From assembly GCA_963740655.1 (NCBI GenBank), contig CAVUFF010000010.1:29361-93360 (forward strand): a stretch of 64,000 bases of DNA. Reading direction: 5' to 3'. This document shows, one piece after another, positions 8,233 through 18,412 of the stretch. Every line of letters begins with the position of its first letter. The first letter of the stretch is position 1. A model generated the notes under the pieces. That model was not told the DNA's origin. It saw only the letters and a list, made by a program, of their open reading frames with translations, and ran no database searches. The DNA comes from an uncultured Acidobacteriota bacterium. GTDB taxonomy: Bacteria > Acidobacteriota > Vicinamibacteria > Fen-336. A program made the translations under genes and the position numbers.

Positions 8233-9339
8233 GTGTCCGACCTGATCCGCTGCGTGCTGATGACCGCGCCGCGCGCGCCGCTCGAGCTGCGGCGCGCCCC
8301 GGCGCCGCGCGCCGCGCCGGGCGGCGCGGTCGTCGAGATGCTGGCGAGCGAGGTGTGCGGCACCGACGTGCACCTCCACCACGGCCAGCTCGCCGGCGTG
8401 CCCTACCCGATCGTGCCAGGCCACGTCAGCGTGGGACGCGTGATCGAGACGAACGGCGCGGTCGTGGACGTGGCGGGCGAGCCGATCGGCCTCGGCCGCG
8501 TCGTCACCTTCTACGACGTCTTCGGCGTCTGCGGCGCCTGCTGGCACTGCCTCGTCGCGAAGGCCGCGACACGCTGCCCCGCGCGCCGCGTCTACGGGAT
8601 CACGACGGGCTTCGCCGACGGTGTCCTCGGCGGCTGGGCGGAGCAGATCGAGCTGCGGCCGGGGGTACGGCTGCTGCCGCTGCCCGAGGGGCTCGCCGTC
8701 GAGGAGTTCATGGGCGGCGGCTGCGGGCTGCCGACCGGCTTCCACGCGGTCGAGCGGGCCGGAATCGCGCTCGGGGACACGGTCGTCGTCCAGGGCAGCG
8801 GGCCGGTGGGGCTGAACGCGGCGATCTTCGCGCAGCTCGCGGGCGCCGCCCGGGTGCTGGTGACCGGCGCGCCGCCGGCGCGGCTCGAAGCGGCGCGAGG
8901 CCTGGGCGCCGACGAGACGCTCGACATCGGCGCGGTCGCAGATCCCGCCGCGCGCGTGCGCTGGGTGCGCGAGCGCACGGCCGGGCGCGGCGCCGACGTC
9001 GTGATCGAGGCGTCGGGCAACCCGCGCGCCGTCGTCGAAGGGCTCGAGATGCTGCGCGACGCGGGGCGCTACGTGGTGGTCGGCCAGTACACCGACGCGG
9101 GTGACGTCGAGCTCAATCCCCACCGGCACCTGAACCGCAAGCACGCCACGGTCCTCGGCTGCTGGGGCTACGAGTACACGCACCTCTACCGGTCCGTGCT
9201 GCTGATGGCGCGCCACCGCGAGCGCTTCCGCTGGGCGAGCCTGGTGACGCGCGAGTACCCGCTCTCCGAGGCGGGGCGGGCGCTCGCGGACATGGAGGAG
9301 CTCGCGGTCGTGAAGGCGTTGGTGCGGCCGAGCGGCTAG
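8233..9339 (+). CDS. Zinc-dependent alcohol dehydrogenase family (MDR) oxidoreductase
   Basis: Only the last ~368 codons of the 7093..9339 ORF look real. 'EVCGTDVHLHHG..PIVPGHVSVGRV' is the catalytic Zn site, 'CGACWHC' the structural Zn site, and 'VVVQGSGPVGL' the Rossmann motif. GTG 8233 gives 'SDLIRCVLMTAPRAPLELRR'. Confidence 0.85.
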   Translation: MSDLIRCVLMTAPRAPLELRRAPAPRAAPGGAVVEMLASEVCGTDVHLHHGQLAGVPYPIVPGHVSVGRVIETNGAVVDVAGEPIGLGRVVTFYDVFGVCGACWHCLVAKAATRCPARRVYGITTGFADGVLGGWAEQIELRPGVRLLPLPEGLAVEEFMGGGCGLPTGFHAVERAGIALGDTVVVQGSGPVGLNAAIFAQLAGAARVLVTGAPPARLEAARGLGADETLDIGAVADPAARVRWVRERTAGRGADVVIEASGNPRAVVEGLEMLRDAGRYVVVGQYTDAGDVELNPHRHLNRKHATVLGCWGYEYTHLYRSVLLMARHRERFRWASLVTREYPLSEAGRALADMEELAVVKALVRPSG

Positions 9340-10127
9340 AACAGGGCGCGGATCCAGCCGCCGTCGACCGCGATCGACTGGCCCGTGACGTACGCGGCGC
9401 GCTCCGAGGCGAGGAACGCCGCGAGCGCCGCCAGCTCGCGCGGCTCGCCCAGCCGCCGCGCCGGGATCTCGGCCACGAGGCGCTTCTCGAACTCGTCGGC
9501 CGGCCGGCCCGTGCGCGCCGCCGTCGCCTGGGCGAGCTCGCTGAGGCGCTCGGTCCGCGTGTAGCCGGGCAGCAGGTTGTTGACGGTGATCCCGTACGAG
9601 GCCACCTCGCTCGCCAGCGTGCGGGCCATGCCCGTGACCGCGGCCCGCAGCGCGTTCGACAGGATCAGGTTCTCGATCGGCTGCTTCACCGTGATCGAGG
9701 TGACGTTCAGGATGCGCCCGAAGCGCCGCTCCTTCATGCCGGGCAGCACCGCGCGCGCGAGCTCGACGGCGCTCGTGAGCAGCACGTCGACCGCCAATCT
9801 CCAGGCGTCCGGGCCGGTCGACTCGAACGTCCCCGGCGGGGGGCCGCCGGAGTTCGTGACGAGGACGTCCACGCGGCCGAGCTCGTCGAGGGCACGGCGC
9901 ACGAGCTCCGCGACGTCTTTGGGCCGCGCGACGTCGGCGGCGAGCGCCAGCACCCGCGCGCCGGTCGCCAGCTCGATCTCGCGCGCCGCCTGCCGCAGGC
10001 GCTCCTCGCCGCGGGCGCACATCACGAGCGCGGCGCCTTCGGCCGCTAGCTCGCGCGCGATCGCGTAGCCGAGGCCGCGGCTCGACGCCGCCACGAGCGC
10101 GACCTTGCCGCCGAGCCCGAGCTCCAC
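9336..10127 (-). CDS. SDR family oxidoreductase
   Basis: 263 aa. 'KVALVAASSRGLGYAIA' (TGxxxGxG-like), 'NSGG', 'SNALRAAVTGMARTLA' (catalytic Y replaced/variant). Its stop shares the CTAG palindrome at 9336-9339 with the convergent ADH. Confidence 0.85.
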   Translation of the reverse strand: MELGLGGKVALVAASSRGLGYAIARELAAEGAALVMCARGEERLRQAAREIELATGARVLALAADVARPKDVAELVRRALDELGRVDVLVTNSGGPPPGTFESTGPDAWRLAVDVLLTSAVELARAVLPGMKERRFGRILNVTSITVKQPIENLILSNALRAAVTGMARTLASEVASYGITVNNLLPGYTRTERLSELAQATAARTGRPADEFEKRLVAEIPARRLGEPRELAALAAFLASERAAYVTGQSIAVDGGWIRALF

Positions 10128-10129
10128 GC

Positions 10130-10501
10130 TCAGCGGCCCCGCAGGTAGCCGTCCGTCTTGTCGAGCCAGTCCTGCCGCGGCGGGCAGAAGATGTCGACGT
10201 CGAGCGTGTCCTCGAGCGCCTCGGCCTTGTGCGGCAGGTTCGACGGGATCGTGAGCACCTCGCCCGCGTGCACGTCGACCTGCTGCTTCTGGTCGGCGCC
10301 GAGCCAGAAGCGCAGCGTGCCCTCGAGGATGTAGGTCAGCTGCTCGTTCTCGTGCTGGTGAAGCGGCACCACGCAGCCCTGCTTCAGGTAGACGTGGGCG
10401 AGCATGATCCGCTCGCCGGTGACGAGGCGCCGGTCGAGCAGGTCGTTGAGCTTCTCCTTCGGGATGTCGTCCCAGCGGTAGTGGCGCGCGGTGGTGGCCA
10501 T
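10130..10501 (-). CDS. Cupin domain protein
   Basis: 123 aa. 'VVPLHQHENEQLTYILEGTL' and 'LTIPSNLPHKAE' are the two-motif cupin signature. There is a 2-nt gap to the downstream SDR gene. Confidence 0.8.
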   Translation of the reverse strand: MATTARHYRWDDIPKEKLNDLLDRRLVTGERIMLAHVYLKQGCVVPLHQHENEQLTYILEGTLRFWLGADQKQQVDVHAGEVLTIPSNLPHKAEALEDTLDVDIFCPPRQDWLDKTDGYLRGR

Positions 10502-10519
10502 CGTCTCTCCTCTCCTGCC

Positions 10520-11407
10520 TCAGTGTTCCCGCTCGTGCCGGGCGGGCGCGCGCTCCGCCGCGGCGAGCTCGGCGCGGGCGTCGTCGAGCGCGCGTTGGGC
10601 ACGTGCCGCGGCCTCGGACTTCTCGGCGGCTCGCGAGCGCGCCTGCTCGAGACGCGACTCGAGCTGCTCGACGTCGCTGCGCGCGGCGGACGCGCGCGAC
10701 TCGGCCTCGGTGAGCGCCCGCGAGGCGGACTCGGCCTCGCGGCGCAGACGCGCGACCTGGAACTCCGCCTGGCGCGCGGCCTGGCGAGCGGCCTGCGCCG
10801 CCTCGTCGTCGTCGGACCTGGATGCGGCCGGCTTGGCGCGCTCGACCTGCGGCTCGGGCCGCGTGGCGGGCCGGCTCCGCGGCGCGGGCGGCAGGTCGAG
10901 CCCGCCGAGCCCGAGTGCGAGCTCGAAGCCCGATGGCTCGAGCTCGGTCGCGAGCCGGCCGGCGCTGGGAGCGGTGGCGCTCGCCGGCCGCGGGCTCGTC
11001 GCGGCCTCGAGCGTCGCCGCGACGCGCTGCAGCACGGCCGGCCCGGCCTGCGCCAGCCGGCGCTCGGCCGCCCGCAGCAGCGGCTGCAGCGTCTCGGCCT
11101 TCCGCCGCGTCGCGTCGCGCAGCTCGGCCGCGCCGGAGCCGCTCGCAGATTCGCGCTGGGCGGACGCGACCTCGGCCATCGCGCGCGCGAGGGCGTCCCA
11201 GCGTTCGCGCTCGCGAAAGTAGAGCTGGTTCACGGCCCAGGCCACGACGGTGGGCTTCGCGAGGGCCTTGACGCGCGCCGAGCCCGCCTTGTCCCCCACC
11301 GCCTTGCGCTCGGCCGCGAGCGCGTTGCGCGCGGCCGTGAACTCGGCGATCGGCAGCTGGTACAGGCGGTCGATCGCCTCTTCCAGCTCGCGGTTCTCGG
11401 CCGGCAT
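10520..11407 (-). CDS. Hypothetical protein, Ala/Arg/Glu-rich with predicted coiled coil
   Basis: 295-aa ORF with a structured N-terminus (ELEEAIDRLYQLPIAEFTAARNALA..KPTVVAWAVNQLYF) and a C-terminal coiled-coil-like AEAR repeat region. No family recognised. Confidence 0.55.
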   Translation of the reverse strand: MPAENRELEEAIDRLYQLPIAEFTAARNALAAERKAVGDKAGSARVKALAKPTVVAWAVNQLYFRERERWDALARAMAEVASAQRESASGSGAAELRDATRRKAETLQPLLRAAERRLAQAGPAVLQRVAATLEAATSPRPASATAPSAGRLATELEPSGFELALGLGGLDLPPAPRSRPATRPEPQVERAKPAASRSDDDEAAQAARQAARQAEFQVARLRREAESASRALTEAESRASAARSDVEQLESRLEQARSRAAEKSEAAARAQRALDDARAELAAAERAPARHEREH

Positions 11408-11425
11408 GGAGCCGAGCCTAACGCC

Positions 11426-11454
11426 TTGACCTGTCGCCGTCGAGGTGGTATCTG
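11426..11454 (+). promoter_or_regulatory. Sigma70-like promoter candidate for respiratory module 1
   Basis: TTGACC (11426-11431), a 17-nt spacer, then TATCTG (11449-11454). It sits about 35 nt upstream of the actC::actD ATG in the 80-nt divergent intergenic region. Confidence 0.3.
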
Positions 11455-11487
11455 ATTCGCCTCGATCGCCCCTCGTGAAGTTGAGCG

Positions 11488-13482
11488 ATGGCCATGCCGC
11501 GCCCCGCCCCGAGCGAGAGTGGCTGGAGGATGATGCAGCCCAAGCCCGACACCCTGGACCCGGTCGCCGGACAGAAGACGCTCATCCTCGGCGGACACGA
11601 TTTTCACTCGATCACCGAGGTCGTCTCCTCCGTGCTGGAGCGCAAGACTCCGCTCGGCTGGTGGGCGGTGTTCGGCTTCTCGCTGCTGCTGCTCGGCGGG
11701 CTCGGGATCGGCGTGCCCTGGCTCGTCTGGGAGGGCATCGGCGTCTGGGGCCTGAACATCCCGGTCGGCTGGGCCTGGGACATCACGAACTTCGTGTTCT
11801 GGGTCGGCATCGGCCACGCCGGCACGCTGATCTCGGCGATCCTGCTGCTGTTCCGCCAGCGCTGGCGCACCTCGATCAACCGCGCGGCCGAGGCGATGAC
11901 GCTCTTCGCCGTGCTGTGCGCGCTCACCTACCCTGGCATCCACGTCGGCCGGATCTGGGTCGCGTACTGGCTCGCGCCCGTGCCGAACCAGATGGGCGTG
12001 TGGCCGAACTTCAGGAGTCCCCTGCTCTGGGACGTGTTCGCCGTCAGCATCTACGGCACGGTGTCGCTGCTCTTCTGGTACGTGGGCCTCATCCCCGACC
12101 TCGCGACGCAGCGCGACCGCTCGAAGACGAAGATCAAGCAGTGGATCTACGGCGCGGTAGCACTCGGCTGGCGCGGCTCGCAGCGCCACTGGCAGCACTA
12201 CGAGGTCGCGTACCTGGTGCTGGCCGGGCTCTCCACGCCGCTCGTGCTCTCGGTCCACTCGATCGTCTCGATGGACTTCGCGGTCTCGCAGCTGCCGGGC
12301 TGGCACACCACGATCTTCCCGCCCTACTTCGTGGCCGGCGCGATCTTCTCCGGCTTCGCGATGGTGATCACTCTCATGGTGATCTGCCGCACGGCCTTCG
12401 GGCTCGAGCAGGTGATCACCATGCGCCACCTCGATTACATGGCCAAGATCATCCTGGTCACCGGCTGGATGGTCGGCTACGCCTACGCGCTCGAGTTCTT
12501 CACCGCCTGGTACAGCGGCAACCCCTACGAGCTCTTCGTGTTCCTGAACCGCGCGGGCGGCCCGTATGCCTGGGCGTACTGGACGATGGTGAGCTGCAAC
12601 GTGCTGGTGCCGCAGCTGTTCTGGTTCAAGACGATGCGTCAGAGCGTCCTCGCGCTGTTCGTGATCTCGATCTTCGTCAACATCGGGATGTGGTTCGAGC
12701 GCTTCGTGATCATCGTGACCTCGCTGCACCGCGACTTCCTGCCCTCTTCGTGGGGCTACTTCAGCCCGACGCTCTGGGACTTCGCCACGCTCATCGGCGG
12801 CTTCGGGCTGTTCTTCACGCTCTTCTGCCTGTTCGTGCGCTTCGTGCCGATGGTGGCGACCGCCGAGGTGAAGACGGTGCTGCCCCAGGCCGACCCGCAC
12901 CACGGCTCGGCCGCCGGGCCCGGCGCGCCCGCGCCGGTCCCCGCGCTTCCCGGCGGCACGAGCTACGGGCTGCTCGCCGAGTTCGCGACCCCGGCAGTGC
13001 TCTACCGCGCCTGCGAGTCCGTCCGCGACGCCGGCTACTCGCGCTGGGACGCCCACACGCCCTTCCCGGTGCACGGTCTCGACCGCGCGATGGGGCTGCG
13101 CCGCTCGAAGCTGCCCTGGATCGTGTTCGTGCTCGCGATGGGCGGCGCCGGCGGTGGCTTCCTGCTCCAGGCCTGGGTGCACTCGGTCGCCTATCCCACG
13201 GTCATCAGCGGCAAGCCCTACTTCGCGTGGCCCGCCTACATCCCGGTCACGTTCGAGCTCTCGGTGCTGGGCGGGGCGGTCGGGGCCGTGCTCGGCATCC
13301 TCGCCTTCAACAAGCTGCCGCGCCACCACCACCCGGTGTTCGCCGCGTCCGGCTTCGAGCGCGCGAGCGACGACCGCTTCTTCATCTCGATCGAGTCGCA
13401 GGACCCGCGCTTCGACGCGAGGGCGACACCGGAGCTGCTGAGCCAGGCGGGCGCGTCCCGGCTCGAGTGGCTGACCGCGTGA
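11488..13482 (+). CDS. actC: ACIII membrane subunit ActC (NrfD/PsrC-like) fused in frame to ActD (DUF3341)
   Basis: Uninterrupted 664 aa. The N-terminal ~470 aa are polytopic NrfD-like ('[28 protein letters not shown]', '[23 protein letters not shown]'). A Pro/Ala linker follows, then '[29 protein letters not shown]' plus 2 TM helices and '[16 protein letters not shown]', which is ActD. Confidence 0.85.
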   Translation: MAMPRPAPSESGWRMMQPKPDTLDPVAGQKTLILGGHDFHSITEVVSSVLERKTPLGWWAVFGFSLLLLGGLGIGVPWLVWEGIGVWGLNIPVGWAWDITNFVFWVGIGHAGTLISAILLLFRQRWRTSINRAAEAMTLFAVLCALTYPGIHVGRIWVAYWLAPVPNQMGVWPNFRSPLLWDVFAVSIYGTVSLLFWYVGLIPDLATQRDRSKTKIKQWIYGAVALGWRGSQRHWQHYEVAYLVLAGLSTPLVLSVHSIVSMDFAVSQLPGWHTTIFPPYFVAGAIFSGFAMVITLMVICRTAFGLEQVITMRHLDYMAKIILVTGWMVGYAYALEFFTAWYSGNPYELFVFLNRAGGPYAWAYWTMVSCNVLVPQLFWFKTMRQSVLALFVISIFVNIGMWFERFVIIVTSLHRDFLPSSWGYFSPTLWDFATLIGGFGLFFTLFCLFVRFVPMVATAEVKTVLPQADPHHGSAAGPGAPAPVPALPGGTSYGLLAEFATPAVLYRACESVRDAGYSRWDAHTPFPVHGLDRAMGLRRSKLPWIVFVLAMGGAGGGFLLQAWVHSVAYPTVISGKPYFAWPAYIPVTFELSVLGGAVGAVLGILAFNKLPRHHHPVFAASGFERASDDRFFISIESQDPRFDARATPELLSQAGASRLEWLTA

Positions 13483-13495
13483 GGGGAGCGAGCGA

Positions 13496-14698
13496 GTGAG
13501 CCACGACTCGGCTTTCGGGCCCGGCGAGGTGAGGGTGCCCGCGGGGCACCCGTGGTCGCGGCTGCCGGCGCTCGGCGCCGGGCTCGCACTCGTCGGCGGG
13601 GCGCTTGTCGTCGCGGGCGGCGGGCTCGCGTCTCCCCGGCTGGCCGCGGCGTGGCTCGTCGCCTTCGTCTACTTCCTGACGATCGCGCTCGGCTGCCTCT
13701 TCTTCGTGCTGATCCACACCGCGATGGCCGGCAGCTGGGGCGTCCTCGTGCGCCGCATCGCCGAGAACGCCGCCGCCACGCTGCCGCTCTTCGCTCTCCT
13801 CTTCGTCCCGGTGCTGCTGGGCCTGCACTCGCTCTACCACTGGAGCCACCCGGAGGCGGTGGCCCAGGACGCGCTCTTGCGCTGGAAGGAGCCGTACCTG
13901 AACGTGCGCTTCTTCCTCGCGCGCGCTGCGCTCTACTTCGCGGTCTGGACCGGGATCGCGCTCTGGGCGCGGGGGCTCTCGCGCCAGCAGGATCGCGCCG
14001 CGGACCCGGTGGCCGCCGCGCGGCTGCGGCGCTACAGCGCGGCGCTCATCGTCCCGCTCGCGCTCACGACCACGTTCGCGGGATTCGACTGGGTGATGTC
14101 GCTCGCGCCCCACTGGTACTCCACGATCTTCGGCGTCTACATCTTCGCGGGCGGCTTCGTGGCGGGCATCGCGCTCTTGGCGCTCGTCGCGGTCGGGCTG
14201 CGGAAGGCCGGGCTCGTGCCGGGGCTGAGCGCCGAGCACCTGCACGACCTCGGCAAGCTGCTGTTCGCGTTCACCGTGTTCTGGGCCTACATCGCCTTCT
14301 CGCAGTTCTTCCTGATCTGGTACGGGAACATCCCCGAGGAGACGATCTTCTACCGCGTGCGGATCGAGGGCGGCTTCAGGGTGATCTCGATCGCGCTCGC
14401 GCTCGGCCACTTCGGGCTGCCCTTCTTCTTCCTGCTGCCGCGCCAGCTCAAGCGAAACGCCGCTACACTGGTGGCGGCGGCGCTGTGGCTCCTGGCGATG
14501 CACTTCGTCGACGTCTACTGGCTCGTGATCCCGTCGATCCCGGGGCTCGGGGCGCGCCCCGGCCTGGTGGACGTCGCGGCGCTCATGGCCGTGGGGGGCG
14601 TGTTCCTGGCGGCGTTCGGCTGGCTGCTCGTGAAGAGCCCGCTGGTGCCGGCCTTCGACCCGCAGCTGCAGGAGTCGCTCGCGTTCGAGAACGTGTAG
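13496..14698 (+). CDS. actF: ACIII membrane subunit ActF (quinol:cytochrome c oxidoreductase quinone-binding subunit 2-like)
   Basis: 400 aa, GTG start 7 nt after GAGGGGAG. 'LYHWSHPEAVAQDALLRWKEPYLNVRFFLARAALYF', 'APHWYSTIFGVYIFAGG' and 'FSQFFLIWYGNIPEETIFY' closely parallel the module-3 ActF. Confidence 0.8.
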   Translation: MSHDSAFGPGEVRVPAGHPWSRLPALGAGLALVGGALVVAGGGLASPRLAAAWLVAFVYFLTIALGCLFFVLIHTAMAGSWGVLVRRIAENAAATLPLFALLFVPVLLGLHSLYHWSHPEAVAQDALLRWKEPYLNVRFFLARAALYFAVWTGIALWARGLSRQQDRAADPVAAARLRRYSAALIVPLALTTTFAGFDWVMSLAPHWYSTIFGVYIFAGGFVAGIALLALVAVGLRKAGLVPGLSAEHLHDLGKLLFAFTVFWAYIAFSQFFLIWYGNIPEETIFYRVRIEGGFRVISIALALGHFGLPFFFLLPRQLKRNAATLVAAALWLLAMHFVDVYWLVIPSIPGLGARPGLVDVAALMAVGGVFLAAFGWLLVKSPLVPAFDPQLQESLAFENV

Positions 14699-14774
14699 AT
14701 CGCGCGGGGCCGCGGGGCCTCGCGCACTTCGAGCTTTGATTCGAGGCCGTCCCGATGGGCCGGCCGAGGAGGCG

Positions 14775-15494
14775 ATGATGCAAGGCAGTTTCGCTGGCCG
14801 GGCGGCGCTCGGTGCACTGGTGCTGGCGACGGCACAGGCGGCGCAGGCGGGGACGATCACCGGCACGGCCACCTACGACGGCAAGGTGCCGGCGCTCAAG
14901 CCGCTCTCGGTCGCGGCCGAGCCGGTCTGCTCCAAGCAGCATGCGACCGTGCCGAACGAGATGCTCGTGCTCGGCAGCGGCAACACGATGGCGAACGTGA
15001 TGGTGCGCGTCGTGAGCGGGCTGCCCGCCGGCAAGGCCTGGCCGGTACCCACGACGCCCGTCACGATGGACCAGCACGGCTGCCAGTACAAGCCGCACGT
15101 GATGGGGATCATGGTCGGCCAGTCCTTCAAGGTGCTGAACAGCGACGGCATCCTGCACAACGTGCACGCGCTGCCCAAGGTGAACGCGACCTTCAACATG
15201 GCGATGCCGCCGACGCGCAAGGAGGCGACCGCGACCTTCGGCAAGGCAGAGGGCATGTTCGTGATCAAGTGCGACGTGCACCCCTGGATGCAGTCCTACA
15301 TGGGCGTCTTCTCGCACCCGTTCTTCGCGGTGACCGGCGAGGACGGCAAGTTCTCGATCGCGAACCTGCCCGCGGGCACCTACGAGATCGAGGCCTGGCA
15401 CGAGCGGCTCGGGACCCAGAAGGCGACCGTCACCGTCGGCGCCTCGGACACCAAGACGGCGGCGTTCAAGTTCGCGCCGCCCGCCGGCAAGTAG
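14775..15494 (+). CDS. Secreted cupredoxin (type-1 copper) protein with Ig-like/carboxypeptidase-regulatory-like flanks
   Basis: Signal peptide 'MMQGSFAGRAALGALVLATAQAAQA' after GAGGAGG. Putative T1Cu ligands are His in 'DGILHNVH' and C-x2-H-x2-M in 'IKCDVHPWM'. C-terminal 'TGEDGKFSIANLPAGTYEIEAWHERLG'. Confidence 0.75.
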   Translation: MMQGSFAGRAALGALVLATAQAAQAGTITGTATYDGKVPALKPLSVAAEPVCSKQHATVPNEMLVLGSGNTMANVMVRVVSGLPAGKAWPVPTTPVTMDQHGCQYKPHVMGIMVGQSFKVLNSDGILHNVHALPKVNATFNMAMPPTRKEATATFGKAEGMFVIKCDVHPWMQSYMGVFSHPFFAVTGEDGKFSIANLPAGTYEIEAWHERLGTQKATVTVGASDTKTAAFKFAPPAGK

Positions 15495-15502
15495 GCGCGG
15501 GG

Positions 15503-17270
15503 ATGGCTCAAGCCACGGTCGCCCACCACGGTGCGGCGGCGCACGACGCGCACCACGAAGCGCTCGGCTTCTGGCGCAAGTACGTCTTTTCCGTCGACCA
15601 CAAGGTGATCGGCATCCAGTACGCCGTCACCGGCCTGGTGTTCCTGCTCTTCGGCTTCTCGCTCGATGATGCTGATGCGCTGGCAGCTCGCCTACCCGGG
15701 CAAGGCGCTGCCGATCCTCGGCGCGCTCTTCGGAGCTTCGCGCATGCCGGACGGCATGATGCTGCCCGAGTTCTACAACGAGCTCGGCGCGATGCACGGA
15801 ACGATCATGGTGTTCCTGGGCGTCGTGCCGCTCGCGGTCGGCGGCTTCGGCAACTTCGTGCTGCCGCTGCAGATCGGCGCGCCCGACATGGCGTTCCCGC
15901 GCATCAACATGGCGAGCTACTGGAGCTACTTCGTGGGCGGCTGCGTGATGCTCGCGAGCTTCTTCGCGCCCGGCGGGGCGGCCCAGTCGGGCTGGACCTC
16001 CTACGCGCCGCTCAGCGACATCGCGAGCCAGGGCCAGACCTGGTGGCTGTTCGGGATGGTGTTCCTGATCACCTCGTCGCTGCTCGGCTCGCTCAACTTC
16101 ATCGTCACCACGATCCAGCTGCGCGCGCCCGGGCTCTCGTTCTGGCGGCTGCCGTTCTTCGTCTGGGCGCAGTTCGTGACCGCGTTCCTGCTGCTGCTGG
16201 CGTTCCCGCCGCTCGAGGGCGCCGCGTTCCTGCAGCTCATGGACCGACTCGCCCACACCAGCTTCTTCCTGCCGTCGGGGCTCGTGGTGAGCGGGCAGGT
16301 CCTCGCGAACTCGGGCGGCGGCAACCCGCTCTTGTGGCAGCACCTGTTCTGGTTCCTCGCCCATCCCGAGGTCTACGTGCTGATCCTGCCGGCGATGGGG
16401 ATCGTGGCCGAGGTGATCGCGAACAACACGCGGAAGCCGCTCTGGGGCTACCGCTCGATGGTCTACTCGCTCGTGTTCCTGGGCTTCATGTCGTTCATCG
16501 TCTGGGCGCACCACATGTTCATCACCGGCATGGGGACCACGATGGCGGCGTTCTTCCAGACCACGACGATGATCATCTCGATCCCGTCGGTCGTGATCCT
16601 GAGCTCGCTCATCATCTCGCTCTAGGGCGGCTCGATCCGCTTCACGACGCCGATGCTGTTCGCGCTCGGCTTCCTGCCGATGTTCGGGATCGGCGGCCTC
16701 ACCGGGCTGCCGCTCGGGCTCACCGCAGCCGACATCCACCTGCACGACACCTACTACGTGATCGGGCACTTCCACTACGTGGTGGCGCCGGGCACGATCT
16801 TCGCGCTGTTCGCCGGGATCTACTACTGGTTCCCGAAGGCCACCGGCCGCAAGATCAACGACGTGCTCGGCCGGCTCCACTTCTTCGGCTCGTTCGTGTG
16901 CATGAACGTGATCTTCATGCCGATGTTCATCATGGGCCTGGCGGGCGTCTCGCGCCGGCTCTACGACGGCGGCGCCTCCTACGCGCACGCCCAGCCCGTC
17001 CTGCACTGGAACGTGGTCTCGTCGTGGGGCGCCTGGGCGCTCGCGCTGTTCCAGCTGCCCTTCATCTTCAACTTCTTCTGGAGCATGTTCCGCGGCCAGA
17101 AGGTGGACGACAACCCCTGGCACGCGACGACGCTCGAGTGGGCCGCGCCCTCGCCGCCGCCGCACGGCAACTTCGCGACCCCGCCCGCGGCGCACCGCGG
17201 GCCCTACGAGTACAGCGTCCCCGGCGCGCCGCGGGACTACTCGCCGCAGTGGGAGGCGCTGGGCGCATGA
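15503..17270 (+). pseudogene. ctaD: Cytochrome c oxidase subunit I (aa3-type), frame-disrupted: one +1 frameshift and one in-frame TAG
   Basis: N-terminus 'MAQATV..FWRKYVFSVDHKVIGIQY..LLFGFSL' is in one frame. After ~15665 the text continues in +1 ('MMLMRWQLAYPG...WAHHMFITGMG...'). TAG at 16623-16625 sits where family consensus has Trp ('[18 protein letters not shown]'). Total length is 1768 nt (3n+1). Confidence 0.9.
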
Positions 17271-17863
17271 GCATGGAGATCCCCTACACCGTCGAAGCCC
17301 GGCCCGACACCGGGCTCACCAACGGCAAGCTCGGCATCTGGCTGTTCCTGGCCTCCGAGGTGATGCTGTTCGGCGCTCTCTTCGCGTCCTACGTCATGCT
17401 GCGCGTGGGCAACGCGCACTGGCCGCCGGGCGCCACCTACCTCAACATCCCGCTCGCCACGCTCAACACCGTGATCCTGATCAGCTCGAGCGTCACGATG
17501 GTGCTCGCCTGGGCCTCGCTCGCGAAGCACGACTTCAAGCGCTTCCGCGTGTTCATGGGCATCACGATCCTGTGCGGCTTCGGCTTCCTGACCGTGAAGT
17601 ACTTCGAGTACTCGGCCAAGTTCCACCACGAGCTCTTCCCCTCGACCAACACCTTCCTCGCGATCTACTTCACGCTCACCGGGCTGCACGGGCTGCACGT
17701 GATCGGCGGCATGGCGGTGAACGGCTACCTGTGGGGGCCGGGGTCGGCGCTGTGGAAGACCGACCCCGTCCACTTCACGAACCGCGTGGAGAACGCGGGG
17801 CTGTTCTGGCACCTGGTCGACCTCGTCTGGATCTTCCTGTTCCCGATCCTGTACCTGCTCTAG
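17267..17863 (+). CDS. ctaE: Cytochrome c oxidase subunit III
   Basis: ATGA overlap with the coxI stop. '[22 protein letters not shown]', '[19 protein letters not shown]' and '[22 protein letters not shown]' are classic CoxIII motifs. Confidence 0.9.
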   Translation: MSMEIPYTVEARPDTGLTNGKLGIWLFLASEVMLFGALFASYVMLRVGNAHWPPGATYLNIPLATLNTVILISSSVTMVLAWASLAKHDFKRFRVFMGITILCGFGFLTVKYFEYSAKFHHELFPSTNTFLAIYFTLTGLHGLHVIGGMAVNGYLWGPGSALWKTDPVHFTNRVENAGLFWHLVDLVWIFLFPILYLL

Positions 17864-17873
17864 GAGCGACGCG

Positions 17874-18212
17874 ATGAGCGACAGCCACGACTCCAAGCCC
17901 GCCGGCCACGCCGGCCACTCGGCCGAGGAGGTCGACCGCCACGTGCGCGCGGCCTACTACGTGTTCGGCTCGCTGCTGATGCTGACCGGGTTCACCGTCG
18001 GGGCCTACTTCCTGCACCTGCCGCGGCACTTCGCGATCACGCTGGCGCTCGCGATCGCGGTCACCAAGGGCACGCTGGTCGCCTGCTGGTTCATGCACCT
18101 CGTCTCCGAGCGCAAGCTGATATTCTGGATGCTGGGGCTGACGGCGCTCCTGTTCGTGCCGCTCTTGCTGTTGCCGACGCTCACCGTCGCGGACCACATC
18201 CACCTGCGCTAG
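17874..18212 (+). CDS. Cytochrome c oxidase subunit IV (prokaryotic COX4_pro type)
   Basis: 112 aa with 3 TM helices. 'LAIAVTKGTLVACWFMHLVSERKLIF' parallels 'LAVAITKATLVVLYFMHARYSERLTH' of module 3. Confidence 0.8.
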   Translation: MSDSHDSKPAGHAGHSAEEVDRHVRAAYYVFGSLLMLTGFTVGAYFLHLPRHFAITLALAIAVTKGTLVACWFMHLVSERKLIFWMLGLTALLFVPLLLLPTLTVADHIHLR

Positions 18213-18214
18213 CC

Positions 18215-18412
18215 ATGTCGCTCAAGGCGTTCCACGTCGTGTTCGTGACCGCGTCGGCGCTGCTGGCGTTTGGTTTCGCGGCTTTCTGCTTCCGCGCGGC
18301 GCCCGACCCGGGCGCGGGCTGGCCCCTGGCCGGCGGACTTTCCGTGCTCGCGGGGATCGGCCTCGGGCTCTACGAGGCGTGGTTCCTGAAGAAGACGCGG
18401 GGGCTCTCGTGA
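18215..18412 (+). CDS. Small two-TM membrane protein (hypothetical), cox operon
   Basis: 65 aa. It starts 2 nt after the coxIV stop, and its stop overlaps the next gene's start (GTGA). Hydrophobic composition. No family recognised. Confidence 0.5.
   Translation: MSLKAFHVVFVTASALLAFGFAAFCFRAAPDPGAGWPLAGGLSVLAGIGLGLYEAWFLKKTRGLS

Noticed and set aside
7093-9339. 748-aa ORF taken at face value as one protein. The same applies to 26647..30066 (1139 aa), 34920..39344 (1474 aa), 30379..33726 (1115 aa), 50222..53719 (1165 aa) and 45570..47576 (668 aa).
   Set aside because: Only the part downstream of an internal start with an RBS or start-stop coupling matches a protein family. The upstream extensions run through neighbouring genes or antisense sequence.
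9336-9339. Convergent genes sharing their stop codons in a CTAG palindrome (ADH/SDR). A similar back-to-back TGATCA occurs at 54419-54424 (TPR/VWA).
   Set aside because: This is a real but trivial consequence of tight gene packing. It leaves no room for a terminator and does not suggest a separate feature.
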